DNA of 64,000 bases, taken from assembly GCA_052426225.1 (NCBI GenBank), contig JBNJNM010000006.1, positions 2,232,001 to 2,296,000 of the forward strand. Direction: 5' to 3'. Shown piece after piece: positions 45,074 through 57,667 of this stretch (the stretch's first letter is position 1; each line of letters opens with the position of its first letter). The notes beneath the pieces were generated by a model. It was not told the DNA's origin and searched no databases. It worked only from the letters and a program-made list of their open reading frames with translations. The DNA comes from Zancudomyces culisetae HAW-14-8. Its lineage: Eukaryota > Fungi > Kickxellomycota. Both the position numbers and the translations under genes were made by a program.

Positions 45074-47774
45074 TCTTTTTACCTATATTTTCTCTATTCT
45101 TTCTCTACGACTCTTCTATAATTTTTCTAATTTGTTTTCTTTCTAATTGTTGAAGGTTAGTAAAACCTATTGTAAATAATCTGATATCTTTTAATGAAGT
45201 TTAGGAATTATGTGTACACTTATGTATATGAGCTGTTGCTTTTAGGATACAAAGGGAGGCTATTCTTTCAAGATATTTCTTTTCCCGTTTTCAAGGCAGC
45301 TAATGCTTTATTTGTACTTCACACCAGTTTTATCTAATGCAGAAAAAAAATTTTATAAAGAACTTTGCTTTTGCTGAGAACTAAAAAAACTGCAAGTATA
45401 TGTATGTACGCTATATTTTTGACAGAGCTGATGCTTAAATTGGCGATTTCTATTTTTAGATTTCACGTTAACATTAGATATAAATATTGGCAATTCATGG
45501 ATATAATCTAACATTAAAATCCACAGAAACTTTCATTTGTATTGGAAAAGTTACGTAATAAAAGATACTCAAAGTAATTTCATTATCCTATTGGAATACC
45601 AAAATCCCAGCATATAAACTACATATTGTTGCAGGACATTTCATCATTTAGCGTTTTTACTTGCCAACAAAATTAAAAAACAAGGACATCATAAATGTTC
45701 ATATTCTCGTCTGCACCCCTGATTTGAGCAGTTAGGTTCTTTTGCATAATCCAGGTTGAATTTTATCCTATAAGTCAATACAGAATCAGCCATAAATACA
45801 CCACCGCCCCCCTAGCCGCCCGCTTCTTTTATCAACCCCCCCCCCCTCCATTCCTATGTTTAGATAAGCAAGCTCAAATATTGCACAAAACAGTAGTCTT
45901 GAGATCGTTTTTAATAAGGAAGGGGGGTGCTGAGCCGATTAAAGGTGTGTGACTAGTTAATACCACAGTAAAAAGTAAGACTAATGTGGTTAGGCTTGAG
46001 ATATGTCAATGACACTGTTTTCGTATCAGATAACTGAACTGAACCTCCCCTCCATTTATAAACAAATGTGCAGATACATCTACCAAGCTTTGGTGTGTGA
46101 AAAGTGCTTGAAAACGTATACACACTCGATCATTTCTAGGTTTAAATTAACTACTTGCAAATTGGATGGCATGGTATTTATTTATCCAGTAGCTAATCGG
46201 AAGTTGTAGCTTACTCAATATTAAACCCCTTCTTCAACTTGAATACGAGAATGCGTGTACTCAGAGATTAGTTCCAAAGAACAAATGCCATTTTCCCTTA
46301 CGAAAGAGTATATTCGAGAATCGTTTAACTAGTTTAAGCGCCTTTACTAAAGATTACATCCAGGATTTCATCCGTTTATAACCACAATTTTGTAGATCAA
46401 AATATAAAAAACTAAAACGTGCTAGAGTCTACAGAGTTAATTGCCTTTATTTTACAAGTACGCCAAATCCCCCTTTAGTTCCGCGTAATTTTTATGAATT
46501 TCGGCCAAAAAAAAGGCTATTGGGTGACAGGAGGAGGAAGGGGTGGCGGGGCTTGAATAATATATCAGAAGGGGCTAACTGGACATTTAATCCCATTTAT
46601 TTAATGTGGTTGTCGACTTTATTGTTATTAAAAATCATATTTGTTGTCTTTAAATTACTTGTGTTCGGCTCGATGATAAAATGAAGTAAAAAGATGACTG
46701 TTATAGTTGGCCATGTTTTGGCGTCTAAATTCTTTATGATTAGCTATGAAATGCAAGTATGAAATAGACAATGGACTTGAAAATCACATGTAAAGGTCCT
46801 AATACCCTGGCCAGCTACCTATCTATCTTAGATAACCAACCGTGTTCCATATTATCATTTAGCATAACTAGTCTCTTTTTTACTTTTCATCCCCCCCCCC
46901 CCCTCCCCATATGATCTGGGTTTACCGATAGTTATGACAGGGAGTGAAGATAAAGGTATTCTGAGCTGTGTGCACTTGTAAAAATAATTGGCTCTTAACA
47001 CTTCCAACCTTTTTTCACACAGGTGACTTGCTGGATATATGATTCCAGAAAAAAATATCCCTGAAAATAAAGAAAGGCGGACCAATGGTAGAGCCCTCTC
47101 TCGCTCAACAAAAAGTGCTCATCCCTTTTACAATGATCAACACGTCTCTCTTCCACTAGGTTTGCTTCTAAAAATATAAAAGTTTGTATATTAATAGCAA
47201 CTTTATTCGTGTTACTCCGCTTTTTTCAGCTAATTTTTTTCCTTAAGAAACAATAAAAAAGTCCAATTCGGAGGAAGGTCAGTATAATTTCTAATACAGC
47301 ACAGAGCGTGGTTAAATTTACTAACTTCTCTGGTCTTTACAAGGTGGCAAAGGCTATCCCACTAGGTTCTTATCTGGCCTAGAACAACCTAACCTTTTAT
47401 GCTATTTCTTGCAACATGCAGTCCGTTATTTACACAGGGTAAATTAAAATTTTATTAATTTTCAAGCAAATGAAAATCCACAAACCTGTTTTATGCACAA
47501 GTTTACAAAACCAAGCCATACTCATGGAAAATAAAGAGTACAAGCTTCATTGAACATAGAAACAGCATTTAGCCACCCTTCCCCAACTGTTTGGTTTCAC
47601 TTTCGCCTCCATAAAATCCAATATAAATACAACTGCTATTCTCTTTTGACTTTCTTTTTCCTAACAATAAAAATAGATATTCTCGTAAATATATGCACCC
47701 TTGTGGTTATGAGGGCATAAACAAAACAATAGTGGGTACGACCGCTGAAATAAAAACACATACACACAGAAAAC

Positions 47775-48035
47775 ATGGACGAGTTTAAGAAAAAAGACAT
47801 ATTTGGCATGTTGGCAACAGTGATATTCATTCTATGGCTAGTAGTTGTAGTTGGGTCGGCAATAGTATCTGCTCTATTCTTTGTGGCTTTTTTGGAATCA
47901 CGAGCATTTATTTTACTTTTGAAGAAAGTAATGAGTGCAAAGCTGTTTATAGGACTATTTATCAATTCCGCTACAAACTATACCTTTAGAGGGTATGTAA
48001 TATACCCAAAACCGCATAAAAAACACAGAGCATAG
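47775..48035 (+). CDS. Possible small membrane protein (may be spliced)
   Basis: ATG ORF with a hydrophobic stretch; no family recognised. Confidence 0.25.
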   Translation: MDEFKKKDIFGMLATVIFILWLVVVVGSAIVSALFFVAFLESRAFILLLKKVMSAKLFIGLFINSATNYTFRGYVIYPKPHKKHRA

Positions 48036-48507
48036 CTGGGCTGTAGTTGTAATAAAAAGTAAAATAAAAAAAGCAGATAGGAAGTGAAGCAATGCAAGGA
48101 ACCATTTAAATACACCAACCATACTATGTATTGAAATGAATTGTTTGTGACTTTGTGTATTCTTGTATTCATAATAAATAAAAGCGAGGTTTTACTCGTA
48201 AGTTTCAGGGACATAGATTGAATGTTATGAAACCGACCAACCAAATATAGATAAATGGCTCATAATTTATCACACCTAGATTAAGAAGCGGATTTACTAT
48301 ATACAACATTGGTCGAACCTTATTTATAAGGACAGGTGTATCGAATAGACACTCAGAATAGTGTATATTATAAGCGTATGTAATATTGGCTTTGTCACGT
48401 GTGAGTATATAGCATGTCGGCTGAAATTGTATAGCAGCTATGAACATGTTTTGTTGGGGTTAGCGGTGGTTTTATAGTGCTATACAAGCCTGGCCAAATA
48501 AACTACA

Positions 48508-50329
48508 CTAATTTTCAATAACATAATCAAAGACCACAGTATCTATGTTTTCTGATATAAATATAGAATTCAAATCGTCGTTGTTTTCGATTCGAGAAAC
48601 CGCCCCTTCGTAGGTATCAGCTATCAATACAAAGCTATGTTTTAGTGGAATACAAGTTGTGTATGAAGTATTATCTGTTTATGTGTATATATCACACTGA
48701 AAGGCAAAGGGGTGAGTACATACTCGGTTTATACCCTCACCCCTCCCCCCTTCTCCCCTATACGTGAATTTACAGAAAAGAAATTGGCACGGAGGTATGT
48801 ACCAACCTCTGTGAAAAGCTAATTTACAGATACCATGTAAACACTCACCAAGGTTCGAATTCAAATGTCGCGTGGCAAGTCTGTGCCTTGTTACAGATAC
48901 GCTTTTAGGTTTAATCAACACTTTGCAGTCGTAAATAGGAAGTAGCTCAGACCACGGATGAACTTTGTCTATGCAAGTATAGAGACCCTCTATCACCACA
49001 ATTTTGTGACTATATTGGTATATTTACATGTACATTTTATTTGCTTAATCACTATCCTTTAATTCTGCAACACTGAACTTGTATATCAGTGGATACACTA
49101 ATAACATGTTTAATCCGATAAATAATAAAAGTCATAAAGTAAAACATGATGAATAATAAAGTACTGAGACCAACCTTGGGAGTATTTCTATGGCATTTCT
49201 CTCTGGGTCGCCAATGCCATGATCAAATTTTGGAGCAAAGATTGGTTTGTTATCTTCAATAATCGTCAGGGACTTGACAAAGGCAACGAACCCTGTAAAC
49301 GTACATTTTTGTAAAGTATTATTAACAAATTAAATAAGATATTAATCTTATTGAGAAGCTAAGCGATAGAACAGATAGATGTTCTTACCAGAGCCATCAA
49401 ATGTCCAGTAAGCTCCTCGGCGTTTGTGTGACAAGGCTGGATCCTATGACATAACCAATAGAATAGTACGTTTGTCTATGCCAACAGTAATAGTCTTTTT
49501 CTCTTTAATAAAAAATAAGGTCCAAAGATGGATTGGTAAACGGTAAAAGGCAAATGTAAATTAAAAGGATAACTGACTGGTAACTCGTTAAGCTGAGCTT
49601 TGGTTAAATGAAAACCATCCATCGGCAAACAGATAGAAACTAGTGGGGATTAGTATAATCAAAAGTGAGAAAAAAAAAACTCAATCGCTTCATTAATTTA
49701 CAAGATATAGAGTTTCAAAGTGCAGCAAAGACCAAAGAGTACGATAAAACACAAAAAATGAATGGGTGCAGACCAAGAAATGATGGGAATGACGACTAAA
49801 ATACGTGATACTTACCATTCTTTCTTGAAGCTTCATTGATCAAAGCAACGAGTTTATTGGATATAGTTGTTTTGCCAGAACCTGCTATTCCTATGAGAGA
49901 GTAAAAGCGAAAGTGAAAGAGGTTGAAAGAAAAGTAGAAATAGTTGGCATAAATTTTAATTATTAATAATCATGTACATATATATGTGCAAACATAAAAT
50001 GTGCCTCTACAAAAGTTTTGCGCAGTTTGTTTCCAAAATGATGGATTTCTAGCATGATAACTATATGATAGCTAGTTACCTGATACTCCAACTAAATAGC
50101 GACCATTCCCTCCATTTCTATTTTGCATATATGTATATATATATAAAACCATCTGTTTCTTAAAAATGTCGCTTGAGGAAGGTTGAAATTGCAAAACCAA
50201 GTAGTAGATGAATGCTGGGGTATGTACCGATAAATATAGTTAAAAAGCAATTTACCGTTTGGAGAACTCGATAATGTGATTGGCAAGTTGTTGTAATTCT
50301 CCATCCGAGAGGAATTTTGTAGCAGTCAT
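48508..50329 (-). CDS. YFH7-like P-loop (uridine/pantothenate kinase-like) protein, multi-exon
   Basis: Exons give MTATKFLSDGELQQLANHII, GVSGIAGSGKTT, LPMDGFHL, RRGAYWTFD, PKFDHGIGDP, VIEGLY, RLATRH, RIENNDDLNS. Confidence 0.8.
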
Positions 50330-50653
50330 TTGGGTATAGTTTCTAGTATTTCACGTTGATGAAACAAGGATATTCTGTGTGATATAACAAACTGAGCTTA
50401 TGGAGCAAACAGGGTTGTTAGCATCACTTAGCACTTCACTTTTATACTTGGTATATAATTTTAATATTAGCGTGTATTTAAAAAGTAATAGCGAGATTTA
50501 GCTAAAGTGTAGCAATTTTTGGCCTTGCTAGTACCAAAGCTAACAGAAATTAAAAAAATTAATGAAATTCAGCAGTATAATAAGCAAAATTGCTAGAAAC
50601 AGCAACAAAAAGGAAAAAAAAGCATTTATTCACACATCCTTGCCTTTAAACAT

Positions 50654-53600
50654 TTATTTTTTAGAGGTCAAATACTCCTCCCATGACTTCACTGGGATGG
50701 GTGTCTTGGAGGACAGATCAGATACACCAGCGAGACTGTCAATCAATAGGCTTGCACATCTTTGGTCGTTGACCAGAGGAATAGCAAAGTCTACAGCCAT
50801 TCGTCGCATGGCATAGCAGGAATTGCCTTTAGATAGTGGTTTGAGCTTGGATAAGTTGACAACAAATTGGAGATTCAAAGATTGGACTAGAGAGTACAGG
50901 GACTTTTTGTCAGTGTATGCAAAATCTTGAACTTTTAGTGCAGATGGGGACGAGGAAGATGAGAGCAGAAGGTCGTATGCCTCTTGGTTATCAACCAAGA
51001 CGGTGTAATTCTTGGATGTGAAGAATGAGACAACTTTTTGCACTATAGACATGTCCGAAAGAGCATCAAAGCCTACAAGCACCGAAGATCCTGGGGGAGG
51101 AATGCGGAACGCCAGTGTGGATAAGAGGGAAGTGAGATATGCCTCATTAACGTTATCGCCAAAGCAAGCGACCTCACCTGTACTGGCCATTTCAACGCCC
51201 AAGAATGGATCTGCACCAGCAAGTCTGGTCCAACTAAACTGAGGAACTTTGGTTGCAACATAGCCCCAGGATTTGGAGGCAGCCATTAGGTCTTTTGGTG
51301 CAGGTACGTCTTTGTCTAGAATAGACTTGATGGCGGTTTCGACAAAGTTTGTGTCTGTGACTTTGGATACAAATGGCAGCGATCGAGAAGCGCGCAAGTT
51401 GCATTCAATGACCTTGTATAGGTATGGGGGAGTGGTGGTATCTTGATCATTGTGTGATGGGTTTTTCATCATTATTACCTGCATATTGAAGGGACCAGAG
51501 ATTTTGAAGGCTTCAGCAACCTTGTCAGCTATAGTTTTAACACTGGCTAGAGTATCGTCAGAGAGGGTTACAGGGGGGAGAACCAAAGAAGCATCGCCAG
51601 AATGTACGCCAGCATCTTCGACATGTTCACTGATTGCGTGAACAAGAACCTTTCCTTTGTGGGCAACAGCATCAATGTCCAACTCGCGAGCATTGGAGAT
51701 GAACTTTGTCATAACGACAGGATGAAGAGGGGATACAGAAGCGGCAAGGGCAAGGAATCTGTGGAGAGCCTTGGCATCATGAGCCACGTTCATGGCTGCA
51801 CCACTTAGCACATACGATGGACGAACCAACACGGGATAGCCAACCTGTTCGGCAAATTCCATTGCTTCATCGTAGCTGCGTAGTTCTTTCCATGCAGGTT
51901 GGTCAACGCCAATCTGGTCGAGAATAGAGCTAAATCGGTGACGATCCTCAGCAGCATCAATCATCTCGGGGTCTGTGCCCATAACTCGGAACCCATTAGT
52001 CTGGTGCAGTTTCAAAGCTATATTTTGTGGTAGTTGGCCACCTACGCTCACAAATACACCAGATGAGTTTTCCAATTCGTATATGTCCTTTACACGCTCA
52101 AGCGATAATTCGTCAAAGTAAAGTCGATCGCACTCGTCGAAATCTGTACTAACGGTTTCTGGGTTGTAGTTTATCATTACTGTTTTGTGGCCTAGCTGGC
52201 GGAGAGTTCTGACAGCTGAAACTGCACACCAATCAAACTCTACAGATGACCCGATACGGTAAACACCTGAACCAAGCACCACATAGCCCTTGTCAGTAAA
52301 TTCAACATCGTTTGTTGATGCGTTGTATGTCGTATACAGGTAGTTTGTGGGTGCGGGGAACTCTCCAGCAAGTGTATCAATTCGCTTTACAAATGGTGTG
52401 ATTCCTAACTCTTTACGCTTTTCACGAACAGTGTCCTCTGTTGCTGATGCCTTGTCTGAAACTAGTTTTGCTATCTGAGCATCTGAAAATCCATTTCGTT
52501 TGGCAATCTCCATCATTGTTTTGCTTATCGATTCAGTACTGTATTCACCAAGCTTGGTCTGGGTGTTAACCAGGTTCTCTAGCTTCTGGAGGAACCACAT
52601 ATCAATTCCGGTAAGTCTATGGATGCGGTCCGCTGAGTAGCCGCGATCAATCATTGCGTGTGCAATATAGAACAATCGTCTGTCGGTGGCGTTTTGCAAC
52701 TCGGAATCCAACTCGACTTCCGAAGCTGGTTTGCAATCTTTCAATACATCAAATCCAGCGAATGAAGGATCTACCTGTCGAATGGCCTTTTGCAGACTCT
52801 CCTCAAAGGTTCTACCTATTGCCATCACTTCTCCTACACTCTTCATACTACTACCTATGGCTCTGGATACATGGTTGAATTTTGCCAAATCCCATCGTGG
52901 AATTTTGGTTACAATATAGTCCAAACTTGGCTCAAAACATGCTGTTGTTGTTGTTGTCACACTGTTTTGCAGTTCTGGCAGTGTCCATCCAAGCCCAATC
53001 TTGGCTGCCACAAAGGCAAGTGGGTATCCTGTGGCTTTACTAGCCAAAGCTGATGAGCGGGACAATCGGGCATTCATCTCAATCACACAATACTCCATAG
53101 ATTTTGGATTCAGTGCATATTGAACATTACATTCTCCTACCACCCCCATGTGTCGTACTATCTTGATCGCTGCTGTTCTAAGCATGTGGTATTCGGCATC
53201 GCTCAGTGTTTGACTTGGTGCGACTACTATACTATCACCAGTGTGAATACCCAGTGGGTCAAAGTTCTCCATGTTACATACGGTTACGCAGTTATCTGCC
53301 GCATCTCTAACCACCTCGTATTCAATCTCTTTCCAGCCCTTCATCGATTTTTCCACGAGAATCTGGGGTGCAAGTGACAAGCTTTGTCCACTAAGCTGTC
53401 GCAACTCTTGCTCAGTTTCAGCAAAGCCTGATCCTAGCCCTCCAAGAGCATAGGCTGAACGAACGATAACGGGGTATCCTATATCCCTTGCTGCTTTAAG
53501 TGCATCATCTACTGTGTTTACTGCAATCGACTGTGCCACTGGGATTCCAATTGACTTTAGTGCTTGTGCAAACAAGTCTCGGTCTTCACTAAGCTCTAGT

Positions 53601-54331
53601 GTCCGAACCGATGTACCCAAAACCTTGACATTATGCTTATCGAGCACTCCCATCTTGTTTAGCGCAACACCACAATTCAATGCTGTTTGTCCTCCAAATG
53701 CCAACATGATACCATCTGGCTTTTCCTTTTCAATCACCTTCTCCAAATACTCTGGAGTCACTGGGACAAAGTAGACTGAATCTGCTAGCTCATGCGATGT
53801 CTGCACTGTAGCTATGTTTGGGTTGATAAGTATTACTTCGATGTTTGATTCCTTTAGTGCCTTTATCGCCTGACTTCCAGAATAATCGAATTCTCCTGCC
53901 TGCCCAATTGTCAACCCACCACTTCCTACAACCAAAACCTTTTTCACATCAACTTTGTTTGCTGGTTCTGAAACAGCACCTTGTTTTTCATTGTGAATCC
54001 CTCCGCTTGTCATACTCGCATCTGCCGCGGCTGAGTAGTGCGCAACTGCTCCTCTATACCCATTTACTCCAACATACTTACCACCACTTTTGGCCGCCTT
54101 TGTGGCTTGCATGAACTTGTTGGATCGAAGCATACCATTCACGCTTGTACCAGCTACGCTGCTATACATCCTTCCGGACCCCATCACGCTTTTACTTTGA
54201 GCCAAATCGTATTTCTTACATTGTTCTAGCCGCTGAGTACTATGTACAATTCCTCGTTTCAAGAGTTTTGAAGAGTGGGTTATCGGTTTTACGTTCTTTG
54301 GAACGCCTGTTTTGGTGAATAGTCTATTCAT
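50654..54331 (-). CDS. CPA2: Carbamoyl-phosphate synthase large chain, arginine-specific, with mitochondrial presequence
   Basis: GSGGLTIGQAGEFDYSGSQA, NPETVSTDFD, two ATP-grasp halves, basic N-terminal leader. Confidence 0.97.
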   Translation of the reverse strand: MNRLFTKTGVPKNVKPITHSSKLLKRGIVHSTQRLEQCKKYDLAQSKSVMGSGRMYSSVAGTSVNGMLRSNKFMQATKAAKSGGKYVGVNGYRGAVAHYSAAADASMTSGGIHNEKQGAVSEPANKVDVKKVLVVGSGGLTIGQAGEFDYSGSQAIKALKESNIEVILINPNIATVQTSHELADSVYFVPVTPEYLEKVIEKEKPDGIMLAFGGQTALNCGVALNKMGVLDKHNVKVLGTSVRTLELSEDRDLFAQALKSIGIPVAQSIAVNTVDDALKAARDIGYPVIVRSAYALGGLGSGFAETEQELRQLSGQSLSLAPQILVEKSMKGWKEIEYEVVRDAADNCVTVCNMENFDPLGIHTGDSIVVAPSQTLSDAEYHMLRTAAIKIVRHMGVVGECNVQYALNPKSMEYCVIEMNARLSRSSALASKATGYPLAFVAAKIGLGWTLPELQNSVTTTTTACFEPSLDYIVTKIPRWDLAKFNHVSRAIGSSMKSVGEVMAIGRTFEESLQKAIRQVDPSFAGFDVLKDCKPASEVELDSELQNATDRRLFYIAHAMIDRGYSADRIHRLTGIDMWFLQKLENLVNTQTKLGEYSTESISKTMMEIAKRNGFSDAQIAKLVSDKASATEDTVREKRKELGITPFVKRIDTLAGEFPAPTNYLYTTYNASTNDVEFTDKGYVVLGSGVYRIGSSVEFDWCAVSAVRTLRQLGHKTVMINYNPETVSTDFDECDRLYFDELSLERVKDIYELENSSGVFVSVGGQLPQNIALKLHQTNGFRVMGTDPEMIDAAEDRHRFSSILDQIGVDQPAWKELRSYDEAMEFAEQVGYPVLVRPSYVLSGAAMNVAHDAKALHRFLALAASVSPLHPVVMTKFISNARELDIDAVAHKGKVLVHAISEHVEDAGVHSGDASLVLPPVTLSDDTLASVKTIADKVAEAFKISGPFNMQVIMMKNPSHNDQDTTTPPYLYKVIECNLRASRSLPFVSKVTDTNFVETAIKSILDKDVPAPKDLMAASKSWGYVATKVPQFSWTRLAGADPFLGVEMASTGEVACFGDNVNEAYLTSLLSTLAFRIPPPGSSVLVGFDALSDMSIVQKVVSFFTSKNYTVLVDNQEAYDLLLSSSSSPSALKVQDFAYTDKKSLYSLVQSLNLQFVVNLSKLKPLSKGNSCYAMRRMAVDFAIPLVNDQRCASLLIDSLAGVSDLSSKTPIPVKSWEEYLTSKK

Positions 54332-55405
54332 TGTTTTTGTTTTACTTTTTCAAGTATACCTTTTGACCTGTTTTATCTCTTTATGTTGGTTAGTTTATAC
54401 AGATACTTTCGTTAAAATTGCCTTATTGTTCTACGTTAGTTACAGTAACGATCTTTTGCCTAGCTTTTCCTAATGCTTTACTGTATTTGATGCTGGCTTA
54501 TTTATTTTTTCTCCCTCGCCTTTAAATATTTGCTTATAAAAAACAAGGGTATTTCGCAATAATTTTGATCCTTCAAACCGAAAAAAGCGATTTCTTTGCC
54601 TATAAATCTGTTTATGAACTTACGTGCTTATGTAATGTGCTAATTACGCTGATAATATAATTATTACAAAACTTTCCACAAACCGCTTTTAAATATTTGG
54701 CCACAATCAAAAAAACAACGATTTCCCTTTCCAAGTCCATTTTCTGGCGTATGGCAAGGTTTTCTTTTTTCCGCCAGCAAATCAAGTATTTGGTTAACTC
54801 TTTTACAGATTAAATAGCACTCAATCGATTATAATATCTATCCGTAATCAGCAACCCTCCCTCCATCACACTGTTAAAAATTTTTTGTCCTTAGCACAGC
54901 AAAGATAACGATGTATAAGAAATGGGCACCGCAATAATATCCATCACCTTTTTTTTGTAATTTTTCTGTTCCACTGAAATTTCTTTGTTTTCTACAATAA
55001 TCTGATTTATTTAGCAACAATCCCCCCCCCTCTCTACTTGTATAAATCACGTAAAACGAACATAAATTCTTTATTGTTTTGCAATTTCTTTAGTCTGTTC
55101 TCCATTTTGTCGCTTGGTGAAATCCAATAGGTGATTCATGTAGTAATTTAAATTCGTCATTAAATCATATTAGTGACTAAAGTCTGATAAAGCGTTATAT
55201 AAAAAACCACGAATATATCTTTGTAAAAAAAATTTTTTAATAAACACCACAAAACCTAAAGATAAAGCATTGTATAATGTAATAGATGGTAGAAAGCCAA
55301 AAGTGCGGTATTACTAAAACTAATTTGGCAAAACGACTGGCTTTTAGCACACTGTAGATATTTCTATCACAAATCAGTGTATATCCTTGCACAGCCCTAG
55401 CATTT

Positions 55406-57667
55406 CTAGCTGGCCCTAAACCTTTTGTTTGAAGCAAGACTTTCAATATCAATCGTACGTCTTCGTTTATATGAACTACTCTCACCATTACTGTCACTAT
55501 AACTATTACTATGACTATGACTGCGACTGTGACTATGACTGTGATCTCCACTGCTGTTTTTTACAAGTGATTGGATTCTGCTATTAAACTCTTTTTTCTC
55601 TAGCAATTTAACTTTTTCAGACAAATCAGAGTTTTCTGCAAGTAGCCGTGCATTCTCGGCCCTCAGCTCATCATTTTCATAAACCATGAGCTCAAATGTA
55701 TCTTTATACTCAGTACATTCATTTTTAATGTTCAAAAGCTCCTCATTCATCCTACTCATTTGCTCCTGCACGCGAAGATACGATTTTCGTAAAAACTGCA
55801 ACTCTGTATGATTTGATTTTCCGGATTGCTCATCACCAACATAAACCGAGTGTTTGTCTTGTGCTCTATATACATTGTTTGGAGTTGTCTCGGAGCTTTG
55901 CATATGCGATGGTTGGTGTGCTTTTGAAATCAATGTGTTTTTCTTGATGTCGTCTTTCAAATTGGTAATTGTTCGGATATCCGAAACCAAGTGCTGAAGC
56001 TTATGCTGAAGCGAAACTAAATGGGTGGAGATTATTTCTGTGCCTTTCTCTGCAAAAGAAGTCGAAGAAATATCAGTATCCCCGGCCCCTTCAAATTCAT
56101 TTTCCCCATCTTCAAAAATAGCCTTATGGGTATAGTCAATATTACCATCCTCCCCGACAACACAACTGCCAGTCTCGGTATACGCAGTGGGTGACTCAAC
56201 AAGTGTTAACGGATGTGAACCTGGTCTGTTGACATCAAGATTATCGAAATCCTGTCCCTGAAGTAGAGGTATCATGTTTTCATCTGCGTCAAGCTGTACG
56301 TCATGTTCAGATGTGTCTTCTTGATACGAATCCATTCCATCGGACCCCAGCTCGTTTTCAGATTGAAAATTCTCCTCCTGATCATAGTTCTCATATGTGC
56401 CTTCTTCCGAGTCTTCAGACGACGATCCGATTTCAATAACATCATCTGCACTCGAGCACTGGTTCCCACTCTCTCTTGATCCTACGTCTCCAGTGTTTTC
56501 AAAAAATCCAGACCCATTACCAGGTTTTAGATCATATTTTTTTTCAAATCCAAAAAAGAATTCTGGTTCGTGGATCGCATCGTCCTCTGGTCTATAAATA
56601 TTTGTAGCCGTGTTGTCGTATATTGTGGTCTGATAGCTATTGTCGTATTCTAATACACTAGACGTGTTACAGGTCTGACTGGTGAACCCCTTCAGAAGAG
56701 TCTGTTTTGTATGCTGTTCAGTTATACCACCACTTCCTTCTTTATCACCACTCTCACTATCACCACTTTCATTATTACCACTTTCATAATATCCTTCTTG
56801 TTCTTCCTCTTCCTCTTCATCCTCTTCTTCATCCTCTTGTTCATCGACAACCATGGAAACACTCTCGTCCTCACTAGTGTAACTTCTATTTTCATCTATA
56901 TCAGAAATATAACATTCCTTATTCGCATTCTGTTTCTCGTCGAACCGGACACCTCCATCCACAATATCTCCTTCTCCTTCCCCTTCTCCTTCACTATATA
57001 CTACAATTGATCCGTCATGTTCTTTTTCACTACTCACGATATCGCTGTCATCCCCTGAATATTCGCCTTCTGTTGCATACGCATAACCCCCTTCTAATAC
57101 ACCTCCACTTTCGTCACAATTATTTATACCACTGACCCTATCACTATCAAACAAACCTTCTTTTTCTTTTACGAGTGAATTAAAATGGTCTTTTGAAGTT
57201 CCTCCTTGTAAAGATAGATTGTTTTTTCGCTTTTTAAACGGTTCTATTACCATTTCACTTTCATATTCCTTCCAATTTAAGGCGTCATTTTGCTCTGTGA
57301 TAATTTCAGCGTCATTTATAACCACTAGCTCTGAAATACCGTATTGGTCCTTTATATTATTGCTTTGATTCATATATACACATTCATAGTCTGTTTTTTC
57401 TCCCTTTTCCTTTGTAGCTGTCAGAACTGTATTCTCCAAATTATTGTTAATTTTCTTTGCCTCTTTCCGTTTATCCTGCAAATTTTCGTTGAATCCATCA
57501 TCCATAAGTTCGCACGCACGTTCATTAATAGTATTAATATTTTTTTTCAAAGAGATTTTCGGTTTTCTGTTATTGTTAGAGATATGAATACCTACAGCTT
57601 CGGAATTCTCATTTTCGTTCCCCATTTCCGTACTTTTCCTTTGTGCTAGGCTGAAATTAATTACCAT
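55406..57667 (-). CDS. Acidic low-complexity protein with C-terminal coiled coil
   Basis: 753-codon ORF with D/E tracts, heptads, SH repeats and KRRR motif. Confidence 0.75.
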   Translation of the reverse strand: MVINFSLAQRKSTEMGNENENSEAVGIHISNNNRKPKISLKKNINTINERACELMDDGFNENLQDKRKEAKKINNNLENTVLTATKEKGEKTDYECVYMNQSNNIKDQYGISELVVINDAEIITEQNDALNWKEYESEMVIEPFKKRKNNLSLQGGTSKDHFNSLVKEKEGLFDSDRVSGINNCDESGGVLEGGYAYATEGEYSGDDSDIVSSEKEHDGSIVVYSEGEGEGEGDIVDGGVRFDEKQNANKECYISDIDENRSYTSEDESVSMVVDEQEDEEEDEEEEEEQEGYYESGNNESGDSESGDKEGSGGITEQHTKQTLLKGFTSQTCNTSSVLEYDNSYQTTIYDNTATNIYRPEDDAIHEPEFFFGFEKKYDLKPGNGSGFFENTGDVGSRESGNQCSSADDVIEIGSSSEDSEEGTYENYDQEENFQSENELGSDGMDSYQEDTSEHDVQLDADENMIPLLQGQDFDNLDVNRPGSHPLTLVESPTAYTETGSCVVGEDGNIDYTHKAIFEDGENEFEGAGDTDISSTSFAEKGTEIISTHLVSLQHKLQHLVSDIRTITNLKDDIKKNTLISKAHQPSHMQSSETTPNNVYRAQDKHSVYVGDEQSGKSNHTELQFLRKSYLRVQEQMSRMNEELLNIKNECTEYKDTFELMVYENDELRAENARLLAENSDLSEKVKLLEKKEFNSRIQSLVKNSSGDHSHSHSRSHSHSNSYSDSNGESSSYKRRRTIDIESLASNKRFRAS

